A stretch of 64,000 nucleotides of DNA from positions 608,001 to 672,000 of the forward strand of contig CAVXRD010000001.1 of NCBI GenBank assembly GCA_963764165.1. Direction: 5' to 3'. The stretch is from an uncultured Verrucomicrobiae bacterium (lineage in GTDB: Bacteria; Verrucomicrobiota; Verrucomicrobiia; Limisphaerales; Palsa-1400). Position 1 is the stretch's first letter, and each line of letters begins with the position of its first letter. Made by a program: the position numbers and the translations under genes. The notes under the pieces were generated by a model, which did no database searches, was not told the origin of the DNA, and was given only the letters and a program-made list of their open reading frames with translations. Positions 29,423 through 38,447 of the stretch are shown piece after piece.

Positions 29423-31216
29423 TCAATGCGGCAGGTAGCTTTCGACCATGTCCTTTACCGATTGGCGGATCATCGAGCCCGATTTGGGATCGCCGTGCAA
29501 AACAGACCCCATGAAATGACGCGCCTGCTTGAAGGTTATATGCGGCGGCAGCGGAGGAACCTCCGGGTCTGTCCTGGCCTCAATCACGACCGGACGATCG
29601 GCAGCCAGCGCCTCCTCCCACGCCGCCGCGACGCAAGCGGGGCTGTCAAGTCGAATGCCTTTCAGGCCCAGCGATTCCGCATAGGCAGCATAAGGGAAGG
29701 AGGGCAATTCCTGGGAGGCGGTGTACTTCGGGTCGCCGCTCAAGACGCGCTGTTCCCAAGTGACCTGGTTGAGATCCGAGTTATTCAGAACCAAAATGAT
29801 CAGCCGCGGATCCTTCCATTGCTTCCAGTATTTTTCGATGGTGACAAGTTCGCCATTGCCGTTCATCTGCATCGCGCCATCGCCGACCAAGGCAATGACG
29901 ACGCGTTCCGGAAAAGCGAATTTCGCCGCGATGGCATATGGAACCCCCGCCCCCATCGTGGCCAGATTTCCTGACAGCGACGCCATCATTCCCGGGCGCA
30001 ATTTCAAATCGCGCGCAAACCAATTGGCCGCCGAGCCGGAATCCGAGGTGAGAATGCAGTTGTCGGGGAGGCGGGGCGAAAGATCCCAGAAGACGCGCTG
30101 GGGATTGAGCGGATTGGCTTCGTTCATCGCCCGCGACTCGAGGACTTTCCACCACTCGGCGACATCCTTTTCGATTTTGTTGCGCCACGAACGATCCTCT
30201 TTTTGTTTCAGCAAGGGAATGAGCGCCTTGAGAGTTTCCCCGGAATCCCCGGCGAGACAGACATCCGCCGGATAGCGCAGGCTCAACATGCGTTGGTCGA
30301 TGTCAATCTGGACGCAGCGGGCCTGGCCTTCCTTCGGCAGGAATTCGGAATAGGGGAAACTGGTGCCGATCATGAAAAGCGTGTCGCAATTTTGCATCAT
30401 GTCCCAGCTCGGCTTGGTGCCGAGCAAGCCGATGGAGCCGGTGACAAAGGGAAATTCGTCCGGCAGGGCGGCTTTCCCGAGCAGCGCTTTGGCCACCCCT
30501 GCCCCGAGAAGTTCCGCCGCCTCGACCACTTGCAGCGGAGCCCTGGCCGCGCCCGCGCCGACAAGCATCGCGACGCGCTTGCCTTCGTTGAGAATATGCG
30601 CCGCCCGACGCAGTTCGTCTTCAGCGGGCACAATCACAGAATTTGCATGGCCGACGCCGGAGTGAACTGTTCCATGAAGATGATCGGGCTTTTCGACCGC
30701 TTTTTCCTCCTGCAAATCGGCCGGAATGATGATGCAGGTGACGGTGCGTTCCGCTCTGGCGATGCGCACCGCGCGGTCCACCAAATGCCGGATCTGCGCC
30801 GGGTGCGAGGCCTGCTGGACAAACTCGGAGGCAACGTCCTTGAACAGCGAAAGCAAATCCACTTCCTGCTGGTAAGCGCCGCCCATCGCCTGCCGGGACG
30901 CCTGCCCCACGATGGCCACGACGGGGACGTGGTCCAATTTTGCGTCGTAAAGACCGTTGAGCAGATGAATCGCGCCGGGGCCGGAAGTGGCAAGGCAAAC
31001 GCCCACTTCGCGGGTAAATTTGGCATGGGCGCAAGCCATGAAGGCCGCCATTTCCTCATGCCGCGCCTGGATGAATTCCAGCCTGTGCGAATTCTTTTCC
31101 GCGCGTTGAAGCGCTCCCATGATGCCATTAATGCCGTCGCCCGGGTAGCCGAAAATTCGCCGAATACCCCACTGATGAAGCCGATGGATCAAAAAGTCCG
31201 CGCAGGTGTCGCTCAT
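29423..31216 (-). CDS. Thiamine pyrophosphate-requiring enzyme (pyruvate oxidase/acetolactate synthase family)
   Basis: FGYPGDG, RHEEMAAFMA, TSGPGA, GDGAMQM..NN TPP-binding motif. Confidence 0.92.
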   Translation of the reverse strand: MSDTCADFLIHRLHQWGIRRIFGYPGDGINGIMGALQRAEKNSHRLEFIQARHEEMAAFMACAHAKFTREVGVCLATSGPGAIHLLNGLYDAKLDHVPVVAIVGQASRQAMGGAYQQEVDLLSLFKDVASEFVQQASHPAQIRHLVDRAVRIARAERTVTCIIIPADLQEEKAVEKPDHLHGTVHSGVGHANSVIVPAEDELRRAAHILNEGKRVAMLVGAGAARAPLQVVEAAELLGAGVAKALLGKAALPDEFPFVTGSIGLLGTKPSWDMMQNCDTLFMIGTSFPYSEFLPKEGQARCVQIDIDQRMLSLRYPADVCLAGDSGETLKALIPLLKQKEDRSWRNKIEKDVAEWWKVLESRAMNEANPLNPQRVFWDLSPRLPDNCILTSDSGSAANWFARDLKLRPGMMASLSGNLATMGAGVPYAIAAKFAFPERVVIALVGDGAMQMNGNGELVTIEKYWKQWKDPRLIILVLNNSDLNQVTWEQRVLSGDPKYTASQELPSFPYAAYAESLGLKGIRLDSPACVAAAWEEALAADRPVVIEARTDPEVPPLPPHITFKQARHFMGSVLHGDPKSGSMIRQSVKDMVESYLPH

Positions 31217-31346
31217 ACGAGTATTCTTTAGCTAGACTCCTGCCAAAGCCCCGGCTCCCCTCCGCGTGGGGCGGCGTTGGGGCGCGCACGGCAATTTGCC
31301 CGCCGACAGATTGACCCTGATTGCAAATTGCCAAAGCGGGGAAATT

Positions 31347-31565
31347 CCCGCTGGGGACACCGGGGATGCCCCTTGTCACCAGTATTGGTGACTTTCAGGT
31401 TTTCAGGGAGGAGGTATGGTGTTCACAGTTGACGGAGCGAAGTGCGGTTGTTTCCGTGAAAAGTGTCAGCGTGGTCCGCAGCGCTGCTTCGAAAACGAAA
31501 AAGACTTAAAGTTGTTCTCAAGTCAGAGAGGGCCGGGCTTAAAACCCCGGCCCTTCTGTTTTTTC
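31347..31565 (+). repeat. ~220-bp direct repeat, copy 2
   Basis: Near-identical to 24050-24269. Operator GTCACCA-GTAT-TGGTGAC (31375-31392), then CTTTCA-N17-TATGGT. Confidence 0.95.
31427..31564 (+). ncRNA. Candidate structured small RNA, copy 2, ending in an intrinsic terminator
   Basis: Same stems as copy 1; terminator AGGGCCGGG-CTTAAAAC-CCCGGCCCT-TCTGTTTTTT. Confidence 0.55.
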
Positions 31566-31689
31566 GAGATAAGTCATTCTGGCTTTTTCCCCACGCGCGT
31601 TGAACAATTCGGTTAGCGGTCTCCCGCCAGCATTCTCGGGTTGTGGAGGTTCATTTACGGCGCACGACTGACGCGCGCGTCTTTCCCGC

Positions 31690-32043
31690 TCAACAGGGCG
31701 CAGGCCGCTCTACTGTTTCATCAGCGGCGAGCTCGCAAGTCAAAGTCACCACAGGCTGGCTTTGAATATCACGCCGGAAATCCTCAGGAATCCGCGCCCA
31801 ATCCAGGACCTCAACCAAGATGGGAAGATTGCTTTCGGAGAGCGCCTCGCGCAAGCGCGAGACGTTTTTGCACGGCGCGTCCAGCTGCTCCGGGTTGCGG
31901 ATGACAAGGTCGAGATCGGATGTCTCGTGAGAAGTATGGTTGACCCGACTGCCGTAAGCCCAAACTTCCGCGTTCGGCACATATTGGCGAAGCAGTTCAA
32001 TCAACACGCTTAGGTGCCTGGGTTGGAGGTCAAGTGTCGGCAT
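31690..32043 (-). CDS. Minimal nucleotidyltransferase (MNT) antitoxin
   Basis: YGSRVNHTSHETSDLDL (GS-X10-DXD); overlaps the HEPN gene. Confidence 0.88.
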   Translation of the reverse strand: MPTLDLQPRHLSVLIELLRQYVPNAEVWAYGSRVNHTSHETSDLDLVIRNPEQLDAPCKNVSRLREALSESNLPILVEVLDWARIPEDFRRDIQSQPVVTLTCELAADETVERPAPC

Positions 32044-32461
32044 GGCCAAATTTCTCCCGCAAGGTGTCTTCAACGCGGCGGGCGTCCGCAATGAAGTCCG
32101 GCATCAGGGTGAGGGTTTCTTCGGCAAAGCCCTCGCCGTAGTCATGAGCGGTATTGTTGCGATTGTCCCGGTAGGTGAACCAGCGTTCGACACTGGCGGC
32201 ATCCATCAATCCGTGCCGGGCCGCATTGCGCAAAACTTCCTTGTAGGTGAGTTCGTCCACGGCGCGGGGGTTGGCGGTGTAGGATTTGATGGCTTTGCGG
32301 AGCAGTTTGCCGGCAGTTTCCAGCGCCAGTTCAAAGCCTTTCACTGCGGCATTGCGGAAGATTTCGTATTCAATGCTGCCAGCCGGCACTTTCCGCAGTT
32401 GCACGAGGGAGGATTCCAGGGTTTGGATGCAGCGCGCGAGATGTTCGGTGCGAAGGCTCAT
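32030..32461 (-). CDS. HEPN-domain protein (HI0074-like nucleotidyltransferase substrate-binding protein), putative RNase toxin
   Basis: KGFELALE and RNNTAHDY (RX4HXY). Confidence 0.88.
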   Translation of the reverse strand: MSLRTEHLARCIQTLESSLVQLRKVPAGSIEYEIFRNAAVKGFELALETAGKLLRKAIKSYTANPRAVDELTYKEVLRNAARHGLMDAASVERWFTYRDNRNNTAHDYGEGFAEETLTLMPDFIADARRVEDTLREKFGHADT

Positions 32462-32673
32462 GGCTTTTATATTCGGGCACACCAAAGCTTTGCATCAGAG
32501 CGCGGGGCGCTTTCCGAATCGCCGAAAAATTTGGTATCGCCGTTCTTTGCCATTCCATTCTTATAGCCGTCCAAGGCGACGAAATAAACAAAAAATCCGA
32601 AAACCGTAGAAAATCGAGGCCGCAATATCGCCGGGTTGCGGGAATCAGGAATATCGGTGACAGTGCGATCGCT

Positions 32674-33417
32674 ATGAACGATTTATTAAAAGGAAAAGTT
32701 GCCCTTGTCACCGGCGCGTCTCGCGGGATTGGCCGCGCCATCGCCTCGCGTTTGGCTCGGGGCGGGGCGGCGGTTTCTGTCAATTACACGAGTCAGCCAA
32801 AGGCGGCGAATGAAACCGTGGCGGCCATCAAATCCGCCGGAGGCGACGCCTTCGCGATCCAGGCCGACATGGGCCGGGTCTCGGAAGTGAAGCGGTTGTT
32901 CGACGAGACAATTTCGCATTTCGGGCGTCTCGATATTCTTGTCAACAACGCGGGCGTCATGTTCATCAAACCCGTCGCCAGCACCACCGAGGCCGATTTC
33001 GACCGCATCTTCAACATCAACGTGAAAGGCGTTTTCTTCGCCTGCCAGCAAGCGGCGACGCGATTGGCCGACGGCGGCCGCATCATCAACTTGTCCAGTT
33101 CGACGACAGCGCGATTGATGCTGAACTACGGCGCTTATGTAGCCACAAAAGGCGCGGTGGAGCAACTGACGCGCTCGCTGTCCAAGGAGCTTGGCCCGCG
33201 CGGCATCACTGTCAACGCCGTCTCTCCCGGGCCGACCGAAACGGAGCTTTTCACCACCGGCAAGACGCCCGAGGAAATCAAATTCTTCGGCGCGCAGTCC
33301 GCCTTTGGCCGATTGGGCAAACCGGAGGAAATCGCGGAGGTTGTTGCGTTTCTCGCGAGTGACGCGGCTTCGTGGGTCAGCGGACAAAATCTCCGCGCCA
33401 ACGGCGCGCTGGCTTGA
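32674..33417 (+). CDS. SDR family oxidoreductase (FabG-like)
   Basis: TGASRGIG, VNNAG, YVATK, VSPGPT. Confidence 0.92.
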   Translation: MNDLLKGKVALVTGASRGIGRAIASRLARGGAAVSVNYTSQPKAANETVAAIKSAGGDAFAIQADMGRVSEVKRLFDETISHFGRLDILVNNAGVMFIKPVASTTEADFDRIFNINVKGVFFACQQAATRLADGGRIINLSSSTTARLMLNYGAYVATKGAVEQLTRSLSKELGPRGITVNAVSPGPTETELFTTGKTPEEIKFFGAQSAFGRLGKPEEIAEVVAFLASDAASWVSGQNLRANGALA

Positions 33418-33449
33418 CGGAATCCGCGGCGCGGGCACGTTATATCTCC

Positions 33450-34220
33450 ATGCGAATAACGGCCGCCTTGCGATTCTTGTTTTGCCTGCTCTGTGGGGCC
33501 ATTGCCGTCCCCTGCCGCGCCGATTCGGTAACCGTCTTCGCCGCGGCGAGCCTTGCCGACAGTTTGAAGAAGATTGCCGCCGATTACGAAGCCGGTTCGC
33601 AGGATAAAATCGCTTTCAATTTCGCGGGCTCCAGCGTCCTGGCGCGGCAGATTGAGGAAGGCGCGCCAGTGGATATTTTCTTCTCGGCGGACGAGGCGCA
33701 GATGGATCAATTGCAGAAGCGCGATCTCATTGCCATTCCCACCCGCGTCAACCGACTGGCGAACTCGCTGGTTATCATTATCAGCGCGGACAGTTCGATT
33801 CGCCTCGACGCGCCGGATGATTTGGCGCGCGCCGACGTTCATCGCATCGCCTTGGCAGATCCGAAAGCGGTCCCCGCCGGAGTTTACGCAAAGGAATACT
33901 TGCAGGGCAAAAATCTTTGGCGCGCCGTGGAGGCAAAAGTCGTTCCCACGGCGAACGTCCGCGGGGCGCTCGCTGCCGTCGAGTCGGGTGATATCGAAGC
34001 GGCCATTGTTTACAAAACGGACGCGGCGATTTCGAGGAAAGTGAGGGTGGCGTATGAAATCCCGGCAACGGACGGGCCAAAAATCATCTATCCGATGGCG
34101 GAATTGAAAGGCGCTCCCGACCACAAGGCGGCGCAGCGGTTCATGAAGTTTCTTCAAACTCCGCAAGCCGGACGTGTGTTCAAGGAGTTTGGATTTGTCG
34201 TGCTGGACAAAAAAACATGA
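33450..34220 (+). CDS. modA: Molybdate ABC transporter substrate-binding protein
   Basis: FAAASL, FAGSSVLARQIEEGAPVDIFFSAD, PAGVYA, VYKTDA. Confidence 0.95.
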   Translation: MRITAALRFLFCLLCGAIAVPCRADSVTVFAAASLADSLKKIAADYEAGSQDKIAFNFAGSSVLARQIEEGAPVDIFFSADEAQMDQLQKRDLIAIPTRVNRLANSLVIIISADSSIRLDAPDDLARADVHRIALADPKAVPAGVYAKEYLQGKNLWRAVEAKVVPTANVRGALAAVESGDIEAAIVYKTDAAISRKVRVAYEIPATDGPKIIYPMAELKGAPDHKAAQRFMKFLQTPQAGRVFKEFGFVVLDKKT

Positions 34221-34882
34221 GCGAGGCGTGGCAAGTGGTCGGCTTTACCGCGTGGATTTCCGCCGCGAGCACGATTTTGATTTTGCCATTTGGCCTGGCG
34301 GTGGCGTGGCTCCTGGCCCGGCGCGACTGGCCTGGGAAATCCGTCGTTGAGACGCTGGTGACACTTCCACTTGTCATGCCGCCGGTGGCCACGGGTTTGA
34401 TTTTGTTGAAGATTCTCGGACGCCGCGGCGCGGTGGGCGGATTCTTTCACAACCATCTTCCTCTTGACATCGCGTTCACGTGGCGGGCGGTGCTGGCGGC
34501 GCAGGCGGTCATGTCATTTCCGCTGCTGGTGATGTTTGCGCGGACGGCTTTCGCCGGCGTGAATCCGCGCCTGGAACAAATTGCGAGGACGCTCGGCGCA
34601 AGCGAGTGGCGCGTGGCGTGGACGATCACGATTCCGCTGGCCGGGCGCGGCATCGTTGGCGGAATGATCATGGCCTTTGCCCGCGCCGTCGGCGAATTCG
34701 GCGCGACGATCATGGTCGCCGGCAACATCCCGGGCCAAACTTCCACGCTTTCGCTTTCCATTTACGAAGCGGTGCAATTGGGCGACGACGCGGCGGCGAT
34801 GAAGCTGCTCGGCGTCGCCGTGGCGCTGGCCTTCATCGCGGTGTGGATCGGAGGTCTTATGCTGCGGAGGAAATTGCGATGA
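34217..34882 (+). CDS. modB: Molybdate ABC transporter permease
   Basis: LPLVMPPVATG, FARAVGEFGATIMVAGNIPGQT. Confidence 0.95.
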   Translation: MSEAWQVVGFTAWISAASTILILPFGLAVAWLLARRDWPGKSVVETLVTLPLVMPPVATGLILLKILGRRGAVGGFFHNHLPLDIAFTWRAVLAAQAVMSFPLLVMFARTAFAGVNPRLEQIARTLGASEWRVAWTITIPLAGRGIVGGMIMAFARAVGEFGATIMVAGNIPGQTSTLSLSIYEAVQLGDDAAAMKLLGVAVALAFIAVWIGGLMLRRKLR

Positions 34883-35544
34883 CGCTCGCGCTCAAAAACA
34901 TCCGCCTTCCGCTGGCCGATTTTGCCCTGGAAATCGATGCCGCATTCACGCGACCGGTCACCGCCATTTGCGGACAGTCGGGCGCCGGGAAAACGTCCCT
35001 GCTTGATCTCATCGCCGGGCTGCGGACGCCGGAGAGCGCGTTGATAAAGCTGGATGGCCGAATTCTTACTGACACGGCTGCCGGCGTGATGATCGCGCCG
35101 AACCTGCGGCGCGTCGGCTATGTGCCGCAGGACCTGGCGCTGTTTCCACATTTGTCCGTTCGCAAAAATCTGCTTTACGGAGCGAAGCGGCAAATTCCAG
35201 ACGATTCCATGTTTCATTTCGATCACGTCGCCAGCGTCCTGGAACTGAATCCTTTTGTGGACCGAGGCATTTCCGATTTGTCCGGAGGCGAGAAGCAGCG
35301 AATCGCCCTGGGGCGCGCCTTGCTTTCGTCCCCCGCGCTTCTTCTTCTTGACGAACCGCTGACCGGCCTCGATGCGGCGCTCAAAGCCAAAATCATTCCG
35401 TATCTCGCGCGGGTTCGAACCGAATTCCAAGTGCCGATGCTCTACGTGAGCCACAACCGGGCCGAGGTGGAAATGTTGTGCGATGAAATTTTCGAACTCG
35501 AGCGGGGCCGTCTTATTGAATTTCGAAGTCGCAAAGCGAGGTAG
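34879..35544 (+). CDS. modC: Molybdate ABC transporter ATP-binding protein (short, no TOBE domain)
   Basis: GQSGAGKTS, LFPHLSVRKNL, LSGGEKQR, LLLDEP; follows modAB. Confidence 0.9.
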   Translation: MTLALKNIRLPLADFALEIDAAFTRPVTAICGQSGAGKTSLLDLIAGLRTPESALIKLDGRILTDTAAGVMIAPNLRRVGYVPQDLALFPHLSVRKNLLYGAKRQIPDDSMFHFDHVASVLELNPFVDRGISDLSGGEKQRIALGRALLSSPALLLLDEPLTGLDAALKAKIIPYLARVRTEFQVPMLYVSHNRAEVEMLCDEIFELERGRLIEFRSRKAR

Positions 35545-35639
35545 GGACGCCTCGGCGAGGCGTCCGGGGTGAGGTGCAATTCAGGCACGACGCCTCGCGC
35601 ATTGCAACACGCAACCGGACGCCTCCGAGGCGTACCTAC
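35541..35639. repeat. REP doublet (REPIN-like), GTAG family A
   Basis: GTAGGGACGCCTCGGCGAGGCGTCC ... GGACGCCTCCGAGGCGTACCTAC; the TAG of GTAG is the modC stop codon. Confidence 0.85.
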
Positions 35640-35690
35640 CTTAATTAGAAGACTTGAAACCCGCCGCATTCATGGTTCCACTGTGCGCGG

Positions 35691-36518
35691 ATGAAAGCGG
35701 ATGACATATGGCTGGCGATTTATTCGGTTGCGGATCGAATGACGAATCCGAGCACAAAGGTCGGGGCGGTCTTCTATGGCCTCGTCACGATTCTCGTGGC
35801 GTGGCTCCTCGGACGCGCCGTCAAACTGGCCATCCATCGCTCTCTCGACAGGATTCAAAGGGCAGGCGCGGATCCCACGGGCATTCGCTTTCTTGGCAAG
35901 CTGGCGAGTGTGCTCATTTATCTCGTGGCGTTCGTCGCCTACGCGCACGTCATTCCGGCCCTGACCAGCCTCGGCAAATCGATGCTGGCCAGCGTTGGCA
36001 TAGCCTCCGTCGTGGTCGGCTTGGCTGCGCAAAGCACGCTGGGCAACTTGATCGCCGGCATTTCACTGGTGCTCTATCGCCCATTTAAAATCGGCGACCG
36101 CCTGCAGCTTGCCGCCCCAACAGGCGTTGAAATTGGAACGGTGGTGAACATCGACCTCGGCTACACAGCGCTGCGGACGCCCGATCAGCGAATGCTCGTC
36201 ATTCCCAACAGCACCATCGCCAGCCAGGCGAGCGTAAACTTGACAGCCATCCCCCCACGAACCTCCTGCAATGTTTCGGTTTACATTGCCAGCGGCAGCG
36301 ATTCCGCCAAGGCGCGCCAACTGCTTCTGGACGTGGCAAAATCCCATTCCAAAAATTTGCAAGTGGATGGCTGCTACGTCACGCGCGTCACGAGCCGCGG
36401 CGTTCTATTGACACTTTCGGCGGGCTGCTCCAATCCCGATTTTGCGACTGGCGTAAAATCAGATCTGTTGGAGGGCGCGAAGACGCAGCTTGATGCGGCG
36501 GGGATCAAACTGGTTTAG
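35691..36518 (+). CDS. Small-conductance mechanosensitive channel (MscS family)
   Basis: GLAAQSTLGNLIAG, RPFKIGD, VIPNS. Confidence 0.9.
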   Translation: MKADDIWLAIYSVADRMTNPSTKVGAVFYGLVTILVAWLLGRAVKLAIHRSLDRIQRAGADPTGIRFLGKLASVLIYLVAFVAYAHVIPALTSLGKSMLASVGIASVVVGLAAQSTLGNLIAGISLVLYRPFKIGDRLQLAAPTGVEIGTVVNIDLGYTALRTPDQRMLVIPNSTIASQASVNLTAIPPRTSCNVSVYIASGSDSAKARQLLLDVAKSHSKNLQVDGCYVTRVTSRGVLLTLSAGCSNPDFATGVKSDLLEGAKTQLDAAGIKLV

Positions 36519-38191
36519 TCGCGTTTCTTCGCGGCGTTCTTCAACAATTCTTCAGCATGTTTCCGGGTCGCTTCGCTTTGGCCGCCAAGCATGCGCATCA
36601 ATTCCTGCACGCGCTGTTTGTCTTCAAGCAGCGTGATTTCGGAAACGGTTCGACCCGCATCGGAACGCTTGGCCACTACAAAATGGGAATCCGCCGCCGC
36701 CGCCACCGCCGGCAAATGCGTAATGCAAATCACTTGCCGCCGCCGCGCAATGCGCGACATTTTTTCGCCTACCACCGCCGCCGTTTCGCCGCCAACGTTG
36801 GCGTCGATCTCGTCAAATACAAGGACAGGAATTTCGTCCTGCGCTGCCAGCACGGTTTTCAACGCGAGCATGACGCGCGACATTTCGCCGGATGATGCAA
36901 TGGCGCGCAACGGGCGGGCCGGCTCGCCGGCGTTTGGCGCGAATTGAAATTCAATTTCGTCAAAGCCGGTTGCGGTGAAACGTTCGAGTGTGCGAAGTTC
37001 GGCGTCGAACCGGCTCTGTTGAAAGCCGAGTCCGTGCAACTGCTGCATTGCCGCTTTGGCCAATCTTGGAATGGCCTGGCGGCGTTGAGACGCCAGTTCG
37101 TGGCCGGTCTTGCGGATTTCGCCGTTCACTTTTTCCAACGCCGCATTCAGGCGGGCCAGTTCGGCATCGCGTCCCTCCAGTGATTGCAAATCCGCCCTCG
37201 CCTTTTCGCCGAACGCGACCACATCAGCCAGCGTCGGGCCATATTTCCTTTTGAGCGTGTGCAGCAAATTGACCCGTTCCTCCAATTGCCGCAGCCGAGC
37301 CGGATCAACTTCGACGGTGTCCGCGTAATGGCGTAACTCTGACTGCAATTCGCCCCACGCGACGGTGGCTTGGTGATGGGCCTCCACGAGATTTGCGGCG
37401 CGCGGGTCAAGGCGCTGCAGCGATTGCAGGGTGCGCCCTAATTCTCCCGCGCGGTGCAACAGCGAATCGTCCTGCTCGCCCAGAAGACTCAGTGCCGTCT
37501 GCGAAAATTCCAACAATCGCGCCGCATTGCCCGCGCGCTTGAATTCCTGCTCGACGGCTTCCTCTTCTTCCGGCCGCAATTTCGCGGCGGCGATTTCGTT
37601 TGCCTGGAAACGGAGCATGTCGAGTTGCTGGGCGTAGGTGCGTTCGTCAACTATAAGCGCGGCCTTTTGCTCCTCAAATTGGCGCGACTGGCGGACAAGC
37701 TCCGCAAACCGCTCACGCAATGCCGCAAGCCCGGCGAAGGCGTCCAAAATGTCCAGTTGCCGGGCGGGTTGCAGAAGCGATTGGTGCTCATGCGGCCCGT
37801 GCATATCGACCAACTCCTGCCCCAACGCCGCGAGGACTTGCAGCGTGGTGGGCGAGCCGTTGACGAATTGCCGATTCGCGCCCGCCGCCGTAAAAACACG
37901 CTTCAAAATCAATTGATGATCGACACACGGCTCAAGCCCGTTGTCCTCAAAAAACTTCGCCGGGATCGCGCGGGATTGGTGAAGATCGAAGACGGCTTCC
38001 ACCGCGCACGAATCACTCCCCGCCCGCAGAAGCGTCCGGTCCGCCCGTTCCCCCAAAAGCAGATTGAGTGCGCCAATGATGATCGATTTGCCGGCGCCCG
38101 TTTCGCCGGTAATGGCGTTGTAGCCGGGCTGCAATTGCAAAGTGAGGTCCGACACCAACGCAAGATTTTTGATGCGCAGAGTGCTTAACAC
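36515..38191 (-). CDS. recN: DNA repair protein RecN
   Basis: ITGETGAGKSII, HGPHEHQ, ASSGEMSRVMLAL, FDEIDANVGG, ITHLPAVAA. Start GTG 38191 inferred. Confidence 0.95.
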   Translation of the reverse strand: MLSTLRIKNLALVSDLTLQLQPGYNAITGETGAGKSIIIGALNLLLGERADRTLLRAGSDSCAVEAVFDLHQSRAIPAKFFEDNGLEPCVDHQLILKRVFTAAGANRQFVNGSPTTLQVLAALGQELVDMHGPHEHQSLLQPARQLDILDAFAGLAALRERFAELVRQSRQFEEQKAALIVDERTYAQQLDMLRFQANEIAAAKLRPEEEEAVEQEFKRAGNAARLLEFSQTALSLLGEQDDSLLHRAGELGRTLQSLQRLDPRAANLVEAHHQATVAWGELQSELRHYADTVEVDPARLRQLEERVNLLHTLKRKYGPTLADVVAFGEKARADLQSLEGRDAELARLNAALEKVNGEIRKTGHELASQRRQAIPRLAKAAMQQLHGLGFQQSRFDAELRTLERFTATGFDEIEFQFAPNAGEPARPLRAIASSGEMSRVMLALKTVLAAQDEIPVLVFDEIDANVGGETAAVVGEKMSRIARRRQVICITHLPAVAAAADSHFVVAKRSDAGRTVSEITLLEDKQRVQELMRMLGGQSEATRKHAEELLKNAAKKRD

Positions 38192-38294
38192 GGCGAATTT
38201 GCGGCTGAAGGTTGAAATTTCGGGCGCGCCATACATCCCGATATTCGTGCGAGTGCCACGCTGTTTCAATCAGGAAATCTGCTGGCCTTAAAAG

Positions 38295-38384
38295 GTAGCC
38301 TCGCCGAGGCGTCCGAGGTCGTGGCACTTTTCGAACGCGGGGGACTAGCGAATGTCCCCGGACGCCTCGGCGAGGCGTCCCTTC
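38295..38384. repeat. REP doublet, GTAG family A (degenerate ends)
   Basis: GTAGCCTCGCCGAGGCGTCC ... GGACGCCTCGGCGAGGCGTCCCTTC; spacer similar to that of 39354-39449. Confidence 0.8.
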
Positions 38385-38447
38385 AGATCAATCAGAAACC
38401 TCATTTCGGTATTTAATGTCGCCATCAAACGATGTATACACTGCTTC

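Noticed and set aside
33418..33449. Moco riboswitch or ModE box upstream of modA
   Set aside because: The gap is only 32 nt and no such motif was recognised.
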